From assembly GCA_013265495.1 (NCBI GenBank), contig MU058824.1:1143111-1207110 (forward strand): 64,000 nt of DNA, in the 5' to 3' direction. Each line of letters starts with the position of its first letter. Within the stretch, counting starts at the first letter, position 1. The position numbers were made by a program, and so were the translations under genes. Under the pieces are notes generated by a model. That model was not told where the DNA came from. It saw only the letters and a list, made by a program, of their open reading frames with translations, and made no database searches. Below are positions 27,400 through 42,771 of this stretch, in pieces. This DNA is from Vicugna vicugna (Eukaryota).

Positions 27400-28115
27400 A
27401 GCTATTGATAATGGCTGCCTATATCTATCACTGCCCCAAGTCACAAAAAGGAGATAAACTTCTATGCTTCCTGATGTGATGCAACAGAATGTATACAATA
27501 TGTAGAAAATATATAATATTTCAGGAAATCAATGAAACAACCAGATTGTCTCTAATTCTATCTATCAGTTTTCACATTATACAAGGAGCAAGTTCAGAGA
27601 TACTATATGAATTCAGTTAGCAAACCTACAATAATTTAATTAAGTCCTACAGGACAAACAATCCAGTTTCTTCAGCAAAGAAAGTACAAGAAGAAAAAAG
27701 ACAAAGGAGAACCTAGTGATTCTGAGGGACTTAAGATAAGTATCAACCAAATGACATGGGTCCTAAAGTGAATAACCAATTCTTTAAAAAAAAAAAAAAA
27801 AGGAAATAGGAGACAACTGCAGAAATGTGAAACTGACTAGATATTTGATGACTTTTTTAAAAAAATGGTATGGTTATATTTCATAAAAAAAGATTCCTCA
27901 TGATCTAAAAATAAAAACTGAAATGTTTATGGATGAAAAGATGTGTTCTGGGATTAGCTTCAAATAATTCAGATGGGGCAGAGTAGGTAGAATCAGAGAT
28001 CAAACATGACTGACAGTGACTTGATAATTATTGAAACTGGGTGATGGAGGTTCATCAGATTCTCTGCTTTTCTATATACTGGAAATTTTCTATAAATAAA
28101 AGTGTTTTTTTAAAG
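27400..28115 (+). mobile_element. L1MC/ME-type 3' end (intron 4)
   Basis: gacttaagataagtatcaaccaaatg; ttgataattattgaaactgggtgatggaggttcat; ends aattttctataaataaaa. Confidence 0.65.
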
Positions 28116-29100
28116 TAATAAATGCTTGTAAATACATTTGAAAATACAGAGAAACAAAAAGAAAAATCAAAGTCACCCATGAATACCAACTGAGCTTAAA
28201 CACTACTACTATTATGAAGAAATAAATACGGTTGAAGAAAATGGGAAGGGAGAAAAGTAAAAAGATGACTATAGTTCTGGCCTTTAAAAAAAGATAATGA
28301 TAGCATTTTTTAAAAAACAGGAAAGCTGGGAAATACATTTGATTTGGAGGTATGACCAGAGTTGAGTTATAATACAAGCCTCTGACAGAAGCTATAAAGG
28401 TCGGAGTTGTGAGCACTACGGTAACTGAAGCCAAGAAAGTAAATGAAGTCACTGCTCACAGCCACCACTCGTCCTGACTCTCCACTGACACGGCTTCCTC
28501 ACTTCCTTCAGCATCTGATCTGGCCTCGAGCACCTGTGTACCACAGGCAAGAGTGTGTCCACGTGGTTACCAAGGGCAAGGTGGTTTTCAAGAAACCATT
28601 TCCTTATTTAAGTGAGTTTACTTAAGAGATTAATCTATTTAGCCCCTAGCAATTTAGACAGAGAATACACTGAGACGTTACTTTTATGCTCCCTGTAAGT
28701 AAGGTCATTAGGTAATATCAGAATGCCCTAACGGTCAGGAAGAGATTAAAAGGAAACATATCTGAGCGCTATCCTATCTCAAAGTCCTGGGCAACTAGTG
28801 TTTACAAATTCTTCTCTATACTGTGACTACACTCAGTAACTCCCCAGAACCAAACTAACAAAAGCACACAGCTTCTTCTAATAGCTCTTTACATTTTATA
28901 AAACAATTAGAGGTTCAGGAACATGTTGTCAAGAGTCAAGAAAATGTTTTAAGAAGATCCTGTTTCTAAAGGCTTCTAATATATTCTATGTGACTTAATG
29001 GGTCTAATTTATATGACAAACATCTATTTCTCGTCAAATATGACAAAGTTGAGTAGTTTTGTTTGTGGGAAGCATTTTGTTAAAAGAGAAGCAGATGTTA

Positions 29101-29358
<258 letters not shown>

Positions 29359-31884
29359 TCAGCACAATCAACCACAGTACATGTTTCTAACACAATAACA
29401 TGCCTTAAAAGAATGACCCAGAAAGGTTTAACTCTTTAAGCTCTACCTTTAAGGAACTTACGATCTCACTGAGGAGATACAGAATACATTTGCAAAAACA
29501 GTAATTCATGATAAAAGGAAAATAATAAATACAATAAAAGAACCCAGAAACTCCTGCCTAGAGAGTCAAGGTAGGCTTTAAAAGATAAGCTAATCTTAGA
29601 CTGTCCTTGACAGAAGGGAGAGACCAAAGAAGAAGAGACGGTCAGGTGTTTAGGCAGGAGGAATATATAAGCAAAGGTAGAAGAAACTGATGCATGGTTA
29701 GGGAACCAACTTAGATAAACAGGAAGAGAATGCATATGGTAAAGCAGCAGAAGAGAAGGGAAGCTGCCCCAGACTGCTGAAGAGTACTGAATGCCAGGCT
29801 CAAGATGACCATGAGAGATGGAGGTAAAAGAGAAGCCACTAAAGATTTCTGAAAAGGGACCATGAACGGAGAGAAATAATTTTAAAATCTTATTTTAGAA
29901 AGATGAATTTGGTAAGTTTTACTGGTGAGGAGGAGAAAAGTATGTAAACGGAAAAAACATAGAAGTAAATTCTGGCCTAACTTTTAATAAATTAGTCGAA
30001 AGTATCACAGAAGCCATTTTAAGACAAGCAATTTACGTGGTAGGAACTGGCTGCCCAGGCAACACTAGGATCCTAAAGAATGATGCCAAGTAACTTAGCT
30101 TGGTGATGAGACATTGGTAGTTTTTTCACCAAATGAACTTGCCTTACTCTAAAATACATATTTTTAAATATTTCCATACTTACTTCATTTACAAAAAAAG
30201 ATTTACTACCTACCTACAAAATTTACGTAACACTATATCTGGGACTACTCCAGTTCACTTAATAACATATCCTCATGGACTAAAAACTGTCACCTTAAAT
30301 TATACTGATGCTAACAATTAAAATATCAGTGTACATCATGTTCTACACTGTTTTATTTATACAGTATAATACATAAATTTGTGTCATTTATAATCTATAT
30401 TCAGAGTTGCTTGCTAAATCAAATTAACCCAATGGAAGTAAATGAAATGATCTCTTTGGTTCCCTGATGTTAAATGCTTATAAATCCAAATGCTAAATCT
30501 TTACTTTTAAGTTGCCTCTTTCCACCTTTAAGTTTCTCAAAAGGTCCTTTCCTCCCCTTGCTCTATCTTCCCCACTTCCTGCAAAGTAGTTAACAGCCTA
30601 ATAATTATAAACAACCTTTTTTATAAGGAGAGTGCTGGTTAAAAATAAATCAGTGAAAAATCCTTATTTAAATCAGGAGCCCTTTTGTATTATGAATGAT
30701 CAATTCCTAATTATATTGTCTAGTGTATACACTAATTTACTAAATTTTCTTAAAGCCTTTGAACAGGGCCACACCATGTACTTAAAGATTTAAAGAATAC
30801 TTAAGAGTTAATCTCAGGAGGCTGATCCAGAAATTAGAAAGGCAGGGAATAAAGAAGAAAGGGAATCGCTAATGGGAAGTCTGAAAATGCCTGACACATT
30901 CAGGGCTCATGCATATGGTATGGTCAAGAAAGGCTATCAGAGGACAAGGGAAGTTTTTGTTTTCCCCATCATCACAGGATTCTAGATGCAGAACTAAAAT
31001 TAAAAGCCAAATCTGCATTTATCATATTATCTATATGTGGTTACCATAACCCACATGAATAGCTGAGCTTTTTTTTTTTTACAAGTAGTGATTTTCTCCT
31101 AAAGAAAAAAGAAACAGGCCTAGTTTGGATCTCTATATTCTCTGCTTTACTCCTGTACCTTTTAGAACTGCTTGAAAGCTTCAACAGGGAAACACGGTTC
31201 AAGCACCTTCACATGCAGTGGACAACAGAAGACCTGAACAACATGCATACATTGAAGAGATCATAAGCAGGAACAAGATATAATGAACATTGGCCTAAGA
31301 GACTCATACTTGCAAACACTGGCACACATGTGCATGTTCACACACACTTAACCTAATGACAGCTGAAATACAGGCATGTGAGCAACTTGTGATTCAAATT
31401 AATGCAGCTGGAATAAGGTTAGCTTTAAGTTTAGAGCTAGCTGCCAGACCCTTGCTCTCCCTTGTCTTCCCACAGTTCCTAAGTTAAAAGTAGTCTCTGA
31501 AAGAGAGAGGGCCTTTCCATTTGAATTCATAACATAAAATGTTTAGTTTTACCTTCTCCACAATAAGTGAAAGAACTAACAAGGATACTATATAAAGACA
31601 TTTGACGTGAGTCCCATGCATGAAGTCGCATTAAGGATTTAAAATAAATAAAAGGAAAAGCAATGGCATTTTCTGCTGTCATTCAATAGATGATAGCTTC
31701 TGTCTGGATACATCTGGAGCCCATTCAGCACACAGTAAACTATGACAGGGAAGGCGGCCTTAAACTACGCTGTTTTGAGCAATGCAGCAAATTCATACTG
31801 TATGTCAGATTTTTTCCCCTGAATATCTTTTCAGTAAGAGTAGCACCTGTCATTTGGTTAGAACTTTACAATCGACCAAGTGCT

Positions 31885-32025
31885 TAAGTGCTTTCACACA
31901 AACATCTCGTTTTATTTGAACCTCCCAACAATCCAGTGACGTACACAATGCAGGGTTCATTACTTTCATTTTAAAGATGAAATAACTCAGGCATGAGACA
32001 TCAGCTAACTGCTGAAAGTCACAGA
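31885..32025 (-). mobile_element. MIR SINE
   Basis: cctcccaacaatcc...cattttaaagatgaaataactcaggc...aaagtcacag. Confidence 0.6.
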
Positions 32026-33953
32026 AAACCAGACAAGTTTTTGTAGGGTAAAAGGAGGCATAAAAGGAGGGAGAGAGGTTTTCAGTGTGGGTCCCTGATG
32101 GATCTAGAAATAGATAAAATGAAAAAGGAATAATTCTGTTCTTTAAGTCATGTTTGTATCTTAAATAAATATTTTCTTATTCAGAAATCAACTGCCATCC
32201 AGACAGCAATAACCTTCCATCTTTTAGGTAGGCGTGCTCTCTTGAGGTCTGATACACATTACTGTGCCAGATGGCATGAGTTGCTGTGATTTCTCTGGAT
32301 GTAAGTTTGGCAACAAGAGAAAAGGTCCAAGGGATTAATTCCAAATTATCTATTGCCACCCTAATCTCCTGTGACTGTGGTCCTTGTCATAGTTTTTTGG
32401 TCCAGGTAACTCTAGAATGAGCCATATCTTCTTTGGGAATCCTTTGAACCAACTCGGAATCAAAGGGAAACCCGAGGGAAGCCCTAGAACAACCTCTCCC
32501 CACTCCTGCACCACTCCTACCCAAAGACTGTCACATCTTCAGTGCGAAGGCTCCTCCGTCTTAATCCAGCCTCTCATTGCCTCCCTCCTCACACTGGTCT
32601 CAAGGGTCCCTTAAGGCTGCCTTAAGAGACCTCGCTCCAGTGTAAGCCTATATGTATCCTAGCAGTCATGGACAGAACTCAGTTACTGAATATACATACG
32701 GCCAAATTCTACAGAAGACAGCTTTAGGTCATGAAATCAGTTTCTTCATGCTTAATGAACATAATACATACATATACACCAATATAACTTCATTCCCTTA
32801 AAATAAAAAGACATTTTTAATTATGTGAACTTTCTGTATCAGATGTGATTTTGTTTCACAGTAATATTCTTCCCCCAATCACGATTTCTGCTTTAATATT
32901 CCTTTAATCATATGATTATAAAATTGGTGAAATTTTTCATTATATTTCTGTATATTTTTATCCATGAATCAAGCCCTTATTTGAAATTAATTTATACTTT
33001 TTAAAGGATAGTATATTTAAAAGTCCTCACAAAGCACTTTAAGTATTATTACCAACAGTATCTATTCCATATTTCTGATGAAGAAGCAGAAGCCCAAGGA
33101 GGAAACATGATTTAACCAAGATCAGAGAGCCTATCAGTGACAACGTTGCACTGGAATCTAGACCTCCTGACTCGCAGCGGAGTGTCAAACTACAACATTG
33201 TAGAGGATAGGTACTCTCTTCCCTTAGTACCCTTCCACAGCACGCACAAGAAATGGTTAAAAAAAAATATAAATCCCTTTCGATGGAAACACGAAGCACT
33301 GATGGCTATGCCAAAATTCTCTTCAGGAAGTGATTCGGGCAATTAGCCAGCCTATCTATTTCAGATCCAACAAACAGGACTGAGAAAAGCAAACATCACA
33401 GGGGCCATGGATCCATAAAGCTATATTAATTAACAAGGTGGTCAGATTTTTTTTTCTAAAGTAAGAAAAATGCCTAAAAATTCATTAAATAAAAAAAACT
33501 AGGCCTGAGCTAAAGACAGCAATTTCATGTTAAAAAATCAAATAACCTTCACAATTCCAAACACACACTCTGTCTGCTTTCAAATACAAAAATAAAGCTG
33601 CTAAACAATCCTGAAGAGAATGAGTAGCTGCAGATCATTTGAACATCTCTGAACTTCAGCCTCAGCTATAGGAGAATAACTATCCTTATTCTATCTCGTG
33701 GAGCCCTAAGAAGGTGAGAATGCTTTGACATTTACACAAATGTGAAGGTGACTTACTTTTGCTGCTGAAATAAGTCAGTTCTAATTTGTCTGTACTAAAT
33801 TAGCCACAGTCAGATACAGACCTAGCTTAAAGACCTTTATTAGGTTCAAAGCTGAAGTAGTGTTTATACTATCCCAAGTTCTAACAAACTAAGCCAACTC
33901 GCTTTGCCAAGTAATAAAATAAATAGTACAGTTAACTTTAAAAAGACATCTTA

Positions 33954-34223
<270 letters not shown>

Positions 34224-36480
34224 TCAAGTGAAATAAACATCAACAACAACAGTAACATGGTAAGTGGCATTCACAACTTCCCAGTCCTCCACATTTCCTG
34301 CAGGCGGCCTCTACTACCATTAGTCAGAGCCTCATCACAAGCAGCTCAGTCCTCAAACCCACAATAAGTGAATCATTTAGTCTTCTCCCATTGGCTCTCC
34401 TCTCCTTTTATGATCACCAGCTCTGTCAACATCCACTTAGTCTTCCTATAGTCTTGAGCCATCCTCTATAACAAGTGCAGCTACCAAAAATATTCTAGGA
34501 CCTCCCCCATTAATCACTCTCAGATCACTAATAAAAGAACCGATAATCTAGAAAAGCTCCCATTAAATATTTGTCTTTTCTTTTTTTTTTAAGTAGTTTG
34601 GCTTATCTTTTTATTTCAAGGCCAGTATATGCTCATAGCAGGAAAAAATGTATAAATACATTTGCAAAAGTTAAAAAAAAATTATCTACAGCCTCACCAT
34701 CCCCCCAAACTGTACATTTTAGTGTTTTGCGTATCTCCACCAATTTTTTTATAGAAAAATATATCCTTTTTAAAATAGAGTTTACATGGGTATACGTTCT
34801 AGTTTATTTTAGTTACTTAGACTTTTACTTCAAAATCATTGCATTGTTTCAGAAACACATTAATTATTTTTATTTTGGCATCCATCCTGACACTTGCTGG
34901 TTCATGGCTCACCATCATTTCTTTTGCGTCACATCTTTACCATTTGTGAGATCTTTGTTTGGATTTATTTCTTATGGTATAAAGAGTCATAATTCTAGTA
35001 ATTTCTTTCAGAAGAGTATATGAGTCTTTATACACTGAATACTTAATTATCTAAAAGAAGGCTGTTGCCTTTATATACAAAAAATCTTGGCTCATCTAAA
35101 GAATTCTGTGTAACAAGCAATAATACGATATTCCACTGCCTTTTGGTATTTAAAAAAAGCAGAAAATCTGAACTTTTTTCTTTTATAGGTAACCAGTGTT
35201 CACTTGTGCTGAATGTGTATACAAGTTTTCTTTATTCTTGAAAATTGATACTTTTTCATTATATATTTGGTTAAGTATTTTTCCATTAAGTTTACATAGT
35301 ATTTTCTCTTCTGTCTGCTCTTTTGTGTTTTTCTGGAATTTTTACACTAAGCATATTGGATCATCTAGCTCTGTTCTCTGTATCTCTTAATTTGCTCACC
35401 AACTGTCTTTTTCTCTGAATTATAACACAATTTTCCAAACCTGTCTTACCTTAAGCTTGTCTCATGCTTGACTGTAAAACTACAGTACACAGTCTGCTAT
35501 TCACTTTTAATACTGCATTTTTTAAAATTAATTCATCAATTGAGCTTTTCATCTGAAAGCAATCTTAACAACTGTGAAATGTTCTCATTTCATTGTAAAA
35601 ACAACTGAAAACAGACCTTGGACTGTCTGAAAGTTCTTCCCTATCATGTGCTAAGTCTATTTCAGAGGATGACATCTACTCTGATTTATCCAGTTCAGTC
35701 TACTTCTGAACCACTGAATCTTTCCATTTGTTTTTGTTTTGTTTTTGTTTTTTGCTGTCTGCTTATTAGGGACTTGGGAACGAAGGATTTGTGTATGTTT
35801 AGCATTAGAAATAAACTGAGTTCTTCATAAGGCTTTGTGAATCTCCATTCAGAAATTTCAAGCCCAAATGATGAACATGGAAAGTTCTGGAATTATCACT
35901 TTCTTTGTCATATTAGAACTGCAGGTGCCTCCATAAGAGTCAGAAAAATTACAGTCTGACAAAGCTTTGCCACTGGATTTGGTTTTCCTTTGCCGTTAAT
36001 CACTTGAACTAGGTGGCGGGCTGCCTTCCTTCTACAACTGGCAGGACTGGCCCTTTTCCTCTGAGCTACAGCAGTGCCTCCTCTGAGCACCAAAAGAGGA
36101 TGCTTCCTAAAGAGAACTGAGGCTTCGCCCCTGTAGCCTAAGCTCATGCCCAGCCCCTCGGCTTAAGGTCCCTGGGGATTCTGCAAGAGGTTCTTTCACC
36201 TCCATCTCTTCCTGTGGTTGGCCAGTTCTTCACTAGTCTGCTATCACCTGCATGAGGACAACATAGGGACACTCTGAGGACATATTGCTATGGTGGGCTT
36301 TGTCACAATTCACTAAAAAAGGCTACCCTTTCAGGCATAACAGACCTCAGAGAAAGTCTGTCTTGGAACCACTTTCTCAAACAACACACCCCCAGGAGTC
36401 AGCATCTTGGCTAACCTTGTAACTCTACAACTACAGACAAATTACTTCTTGCCTCTAAACTGAATAAGCTGGGGTAGTCA

Positions 36481-36876
<396 letters not shown>

Positions 36877-37970
36877 CTATATTCTCTATCATACATTCCT
36901 GATTCTATTATCATTATACACTTTTTTTGCACTATTCAAAAAACAAAACTTTGTTACACTGAGAAGTTCCAAATTTTCTTAAGAAGCACACATATATAGG
37001 AGCCAAACATGATTGAATTTGGACCTAGTTTTTTGCCTAAGACTTTTTGGCTTCCTAGTATAGAAAAATTGTTATGTGCAATTTCATCAAGGTAAGGCAA
37101 GCCCTCCCATTTGAAACAAAATACATTTAAGTTAGTTTGTAATGGTTATACTTATTAGTCCAAAACTAGGCATTCATCTGTATACTCCCACTGGGGAGCA
37201 ATGTGTGAAAACACGACTACCCCTTCACTGTAGGCTGGAAATGTCATTTGGGTAAATTTACAGTAGTGAAGTAATGGAAACAGATTTGTATTGAGCCAGA
37301 CATTCCTTTCTTTTGTGCAAAACCGAGAAAGACCCGTATCTTCCAAATAGGATTAGGGTATTTTCTCATAAGCAAAGAATACATACATGCTCCAACCACA
37401 CAGGCAACTGGCTACAGAAACAACTGGAGAAACACCAGCTCCATGCTCACTTTCATCTGTTTGACCTTTATGGTTCAACTTGAGCAATAACCCTTTAAAG
37501 GAAGTGTTCTCCTAATTATCACCAACACTTTCCCGTTCACAGAGACACACCCTCTACTAAGCTCTCCAGCGAGGTTAAGTGCTTCCCAAAGCACACATTG
37601 CTTAACCAGAATTGCTTTTTTTCCCTCTCCCTTATGAAACTCTAAGGTCTCTGAGGGCAGAGATCCATATTAATAATTTCTGTAAATCCACATCTAGCAC
37701 TAGGCCTGGGGCAGCATTCAAAAAATGCTGAATGAATGACAGAATGGGTACTTATATTTCACTATAATCTCATGAAACTGCAAAACACAGGTATATCCTT
37801 GAGTCCAAACTTTCCAATTACATGTTAGCAAGGGAAAGAGAGAGCCCGGATTTGTAGAATGACCATCTATGATGAGACCAGGGAGGTCTACTTTAACTAG
37901 AAAAAGAATGACCAGGCAGACAAGCAGGCCAGACAGAAGAAAGCTGGCTAATTCTGAACAGCTAACTTGC

Positions 37971-38449
37971 TGTGCAGGAAAGGTTTAACTCTACAGAATG
38001 TGTGTGCTCAAACCACACACATTCTCAAGAATGGCCTGTCTTCAGGACTGGCCCTTGGCCAGTTCCTGGAAGATGAGCTTTGACACCTTGAAATATTCTC
38101 CCTGATAAGAATGCTGCAAGCCTGCGTGACTGAGCCCCAATTGAAAACCCTGAACACCAAGGCTCCGGGGAGCTTCCCGGGTTGGCAACACTTCCCACGC
38201 GCTGTCACACATCACTGCTAAGCTATGGCGTGCACCTCTGCTATTGCACTAGGAAAGGACATCTGGAAGCTTGCACCTGATTTCTCCTGGACTTCACCCC
38301 ATGTGCCTTGCCTTTTCCTTTTGATGATTTTAATATGTATCTTTCCACTGTAATAAATAAAAACCATGAGTATAACAGCTTTTCTGGGTCGTATGAGTCC
38401 TTCTAGCAAATCATCAAGCCTGAGGATGGTTCTGAGAACCCCCAACTCA
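37971..38449 (+). mobile_element. Solo LTR, MER77/MER68/MER21-like
   Basis: Starts TGTGCAGGAAAGG, ends ...ACCCCCAACTCA; internal AATAAA near 38352; flanks CTTGC/CCTGC form a 5-bp TSD with one mismatch. Confidence 0.8.
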
Positions 38450-38744
38450 CCTGCTAAACCCAAACTCAGGAACACCACAATCTCTTCAAGCAGCTGCTTT
38501 TTGGTTGCTGGCTTAATTAGCATATTTGTCTATTCTTACAGACTAGCAAAGTTTTATCTTAATAATTATAAAAAATTTTTTTCTTTCTCCATAGATAGTT
38601 CAGCTCTTTGAATTAAATCCTCATAAGTATGAAGAGAACTCAAGAAAAGTATACGAGATATAATCATAACCTAACATTTAAAGACTGTTAAAAACAACAG
38701 TGGCTTATTCATGATGGTTAGTGTAGGTTCCCTGGTATAATTTC

Positions 38745-38915
38745 CTAAGGAGAGATTCTGAACCAGGAATCCATGGACTGGCTTCAGGGATACATGAGTC
38801 CCATGAAACTGCAGGCCAAATGTAGTATGTATCTGCATTTTCAAGGAGAAAGTTCACAGCTTTCAACAGAACCACAAAGTGGTCTGTCACCCACAAAAAA
38901 TTAAAACCACCACCA
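38745..38915. mobile_element. Short non-autonomous hAT-Charlie-like DNA transposon remnant
   Basis: tccatggactggcttcaggg...cacagctttcaacaga...aaaaaattaaaaccacc resembles hAT MER ends. Confidence 0.5.
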
Positions 38916-39618
38916 CAGAAGATTGCCATTATTCTCTCCCAAATCCTCTTTATTCGTGATTAGTCATCAACCAATGTTTTCTAAGCATTACCTTTATCAG
39001 TTACTCTACCAAAAGTTTAGTATACAAAGATTAATAACTTATGGTCATGGCCCTTGAAAAGCTCCAGTGACCAGTGAAGAAAAATATTACAATACAATAT
39101 GGTAATTGCTATATATAAAAATACTGCCATGAATACTCTCCCTGTTCTAAGATCTTGGCTCCCTTAAAGCATATGAAATGACAGCTAAACACTTTGTCTA
39201 ACAATTAAAACTTACTTTTGGGTTCCAACTTAGTGCTCACATTACAAATGCTATCCAGGGCCATGCACTTCTCATCATTATGATAATCATGTCTTTCCTG
39301 ACATTGGTCTTTACATATACTACCCCTTTGCCTAGTTTAAACCCACTCTCTCATCTTTTAAGACCCTATTCAAACAAGATCTTTTCCAAGATACGCTCTA
39401 AACCTCTCCCCTACCCGTAAGACAACTGGACAACTCCTTTCACTTTCTTCCCATTGCCCTCTTTGCATACCTTTAGGTTATCACAAATCAGTCTATTTAT
39501 AGTTTGCTGTTAAAGTGTCTCTCATTACACGAAGAAGGCCCAAGTTTTTTTTTTATTTGATTTGTCTTCCCATCTTCCCCAGACTCCTAAATAGTGATCA
39601 GAAAAATATTTACCAAAG

Positions 39619-40636
39619 CAGTGTTTCCCAAACAGGAGTCACAAATATGTTGGCAGAAGGGGAGTCTAAGAGTTGTGTACAAAAATGTTTTAAATATTTT
39701 CATTTAAAAGATAATCTAAGATGAATGACAGACATTCTAGATCATGAGTAACCGCCACCTAAGCAAGCACTGCCAGGAGGCTCTCACTGCTGCTTCCTCA
39801 GCTGGGTTAAGATCTCCCTCAGGCCAAATGTTCTCATGGCACACTCTACCAGCAAGGCTTTCATAGTAATTGTGAGTGAAAGAGTGAAAAGTACAGGGAA
39901 TTTGAATCGCCAGAGCATATGGTGATACAGGCCTGGTATATTCATGGTATTTTTGAAAGCCAATAGTCTAACAGCCAATACCACATATATGCTGTAAGTA
40001 TGACATGGGTCCTATCTATGTAGTACAATCTGCAGAAGTTAATTAGCAGTAAATATGGTTTTAAGTATGCAATGAAATCTTTCCATTCTCACTGCCAGCA
40101 GTAATTCTTTTACAGAGCCATTTACTAAAGATTTCAATAATGTCATAATGTTAACCTCATCAAGTGAACAAGACAGTAGACATCTCATTAAAATTGGTAT
40201 TTGAGGAATGCTTGCAAGTGTTTTGGTTAGGTATGAGGTCTGATTATCCTGAACTTACAAAGCCTTGAAGAATAGTACCACCTTGCACAACATCACTTAC
40301 GAGAATCTCGGCACTTGCAACTTTTAGTATCACTGAAGTTAACAAAAAGAAACATTTAAAATGAAATCAGACCAAAGGCTGTTTTTTTTCCTACTATGAA
40401 ACCTAATATCATCTGTCACACTGAGTAATTGTATTCATTTGAATGTTGTTGTTTTGTAGTTGTCTTTATATTTAATTTGCAGACTTGATTTATAGTTGTC
40501 AATGAGCCCAAAATAAATATTTTATATCTACTTTCATGCCTATACCTTTCATACCTGAAGTAACATTATGAAAAATACATTTGTATTTTTCTTTCCAAAG
40601 GGGTCATTACATTATGGCACATTTGAGAAAGTCAGT
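39619..40636. mobile_element. hAT-Charlie-like DNA transposon remnant
   Basis: Begins CAGTGTTTCCCAAA and ends ...TTTGAGAAAGTCAG (degenerate terminal inverted repeats). Confidence 0.45.
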
Positions 40637-41104
40637 ACTAAAAAAGGGCTTCTCTTAACAAGAGTCTTTCAGTAAGAAGAACAGGTCTCCAGACAAGTAT
40701 AAACACCATGTAACACAAAGCTTAACCAGGTAATGGTTTATTTCTTGAGAGAATTTTAAAATTCTATTTCACCACTTTAAATCAGTCTTGACTGAATACA
40801 AGATTGCTCTAAAATGTGTATGATACAGTAATATAATTTAGGGAAAAATAAAACAAATTTAAAAATCCCCAAGAAGTCATGAGCTTTAATTCTCATTTTT
40901 AAAAAATCCGTATTTATACTATTAATAGATCTGACCTCCCTTTTATTAAACCAGGTTATTGTTTTGTTTCAATTTTTAAATGCATGTACTGGGCAAAACT
41001 TCTATCTAAAAAAAGGTATACAAAATGTCTTCTTCCCAACTCAGAGCCCAAGTTTCACTTCCTACTCCACAGCAACCTTTTAAAACCAGCCCATCAACTG
41101 GACT

Positions 41105-41405
41105 CTTTCATTTCACTGTACAATTTTTCATTGAGCATCTCTATATACCAGGACCAGGTGCTATGTGGGCTATCCCTATGGTGTAGGGATAAGTAAGACA
41201 AGGTATCTGGACTTAAGGAGTTCATTAGAGTGGATGAGTAAGGCATTAAACAGATCATTCAGAGTCTTGAGGATACTGATCAAAGTGCTTCAACTCTGCT
41301 GAGGTATAAGGGATATCAAGAAAAGCCTTGCAGGATATTCAAGTTAGAACTGAAGAATACATAAATTTGCCAAGTAGATGAAGGTGAGAAAGCTATTCTA
41401 ACAGG
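41105..41405 (-). mobile_element. L2 LINE fragment
   Basis: ttcattgagcatctctatataccaggaccaggtgcta...taagacaagg...cttaaggagttca. Confidence 0.55.
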
Positions 41406-42099
41406 ACTTTTTTTCCTCACTGGTAAGATTTCATCCTGGCAGCTACTAGCATCCCAAGTGTTAATAAGATCATCAAATTTAAATAACTATTTAATATGCT
41501 AACCACAATGGTTTCATTTCATCAACAAGATGAATATAATACCTTCCTGACCTATTTCATCATCACATTGAGACTCTCAAATGAGATACTGTACATTAAC
41601 ATACTTTGAAACTATTAATATAAATTATTATGTGAACACACAGAATTATCACATACAATACATGGCATCATTCCCAGCATGGTTTTTATCTGTAGGCCAC
41701 CAAAGAAACAGCTCTTCCCAAATGTAGTGCCTAAAATGTCACTGTGGAATCCCAGACTGACAGAACCACATGAACCCTTAAAGATTATCCAGTTCTAATT
41801 CAGTTCTGTCATTTTATTAATGAAGAAACCGAAACTTAAGAGTACCAAAATGATTTATAACAGTGTTCTACCCAGGTTAAGGTGGATGTGAAATTCCACA
41901 AAATTATCATCATGAACATGAATAAGTAAATGTGGCTCTTTTCTTTACTGATATCCGTGTGTGAAGTAACAAACCTTTCAACAGTACAGTTTCTTGTTGA
42001 CTCTTCTGGACAGCAAAAGGTAAGAGCTAAACTCCCTGTTTGGTACTTTTCTCCTACCTTGGCCACCTTTTTCTTCTGTGCTCCAGCCTCTACCAGTAG

Positions 42100-42560
42100 C
42101 CACAGCGTCCTCAATTCTAAGATGCACATTTTCCCACACTTTAACATTTTGGAAATCTGCACACACTTCACAATCAAGGTCAAAAGAAAACTCCAGCCTC
42201 TAGACAGAAAGGTAAGACATGATGTAATGGCTGCAACCTATGCATGTGCAAACTTGGCTACGCATGGAAGGTATTACTCAGGTAATCATCACATTAATTA
42301 TCTGCACTGGTAGCTCTCTTGCAACTAAAATTTAACATAAGCTTGATCCCTATGAAAATGTCCTCACAAAGATTTCTCTGTGATTCAGCACTGCAATGAA
42401 AATTTACTGTGTTCACAGAAGACTGTCAGTCCCATGCCAGGAATACAATTACTAGCACTAGAAATTTCTAAATGTTGCCAAATAAATTAGAGAATTATCG
42501 AGTTTGAAGATGTAGGTATGATGTGAAGGACTGAAACCAAACATTTAGCTGTCAAGGGAA
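42100..42560. mobile_element. TcMar-Tc2 (Kanga/MER104-like) DNA transposon remnant
   Basis: End motif attctaagatgcacattttcccacactttaacattttggaaatc...cacaatc; right boundary uncertain. Confidence 0.55.
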
Positions 42561-42672
42561 GTGACAACAATAATAAGAGCCAAGAGAACCCTAGGGGTTA
42601 TCATTTTCACTGTATTCTAGCATCAGGGTGATACATTCCAAGCTGATAGTCTGGCTCTTGGTCCTATCTATT

Positions 42673-42771
42673 AAAAAATTTTTTTCCATTGTTGCTTCAT
42701 TTCAGTGTATCTTGAGGTCACAAAAATTTTTTTTTCCATTGTTGCTTCATTTCAGTGTATCTTGAGGTCAC
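42673..42771. repeat. Tandem duplication of 49 and 50 bp, differing only in homopolymer lengths
   Basis: A6T7 vs A5T9, each followed by identical ccattgttgcttcatttcagtgtatcttgaggtcac. Confidence 0.95.

Noticed and set aside
34571..35023. 150-aa hydrophobic ORF
   Set aside because: Phe/Tyr-rich translation of T-rich, probably old L1-derived intron DNA; non-ATG start.
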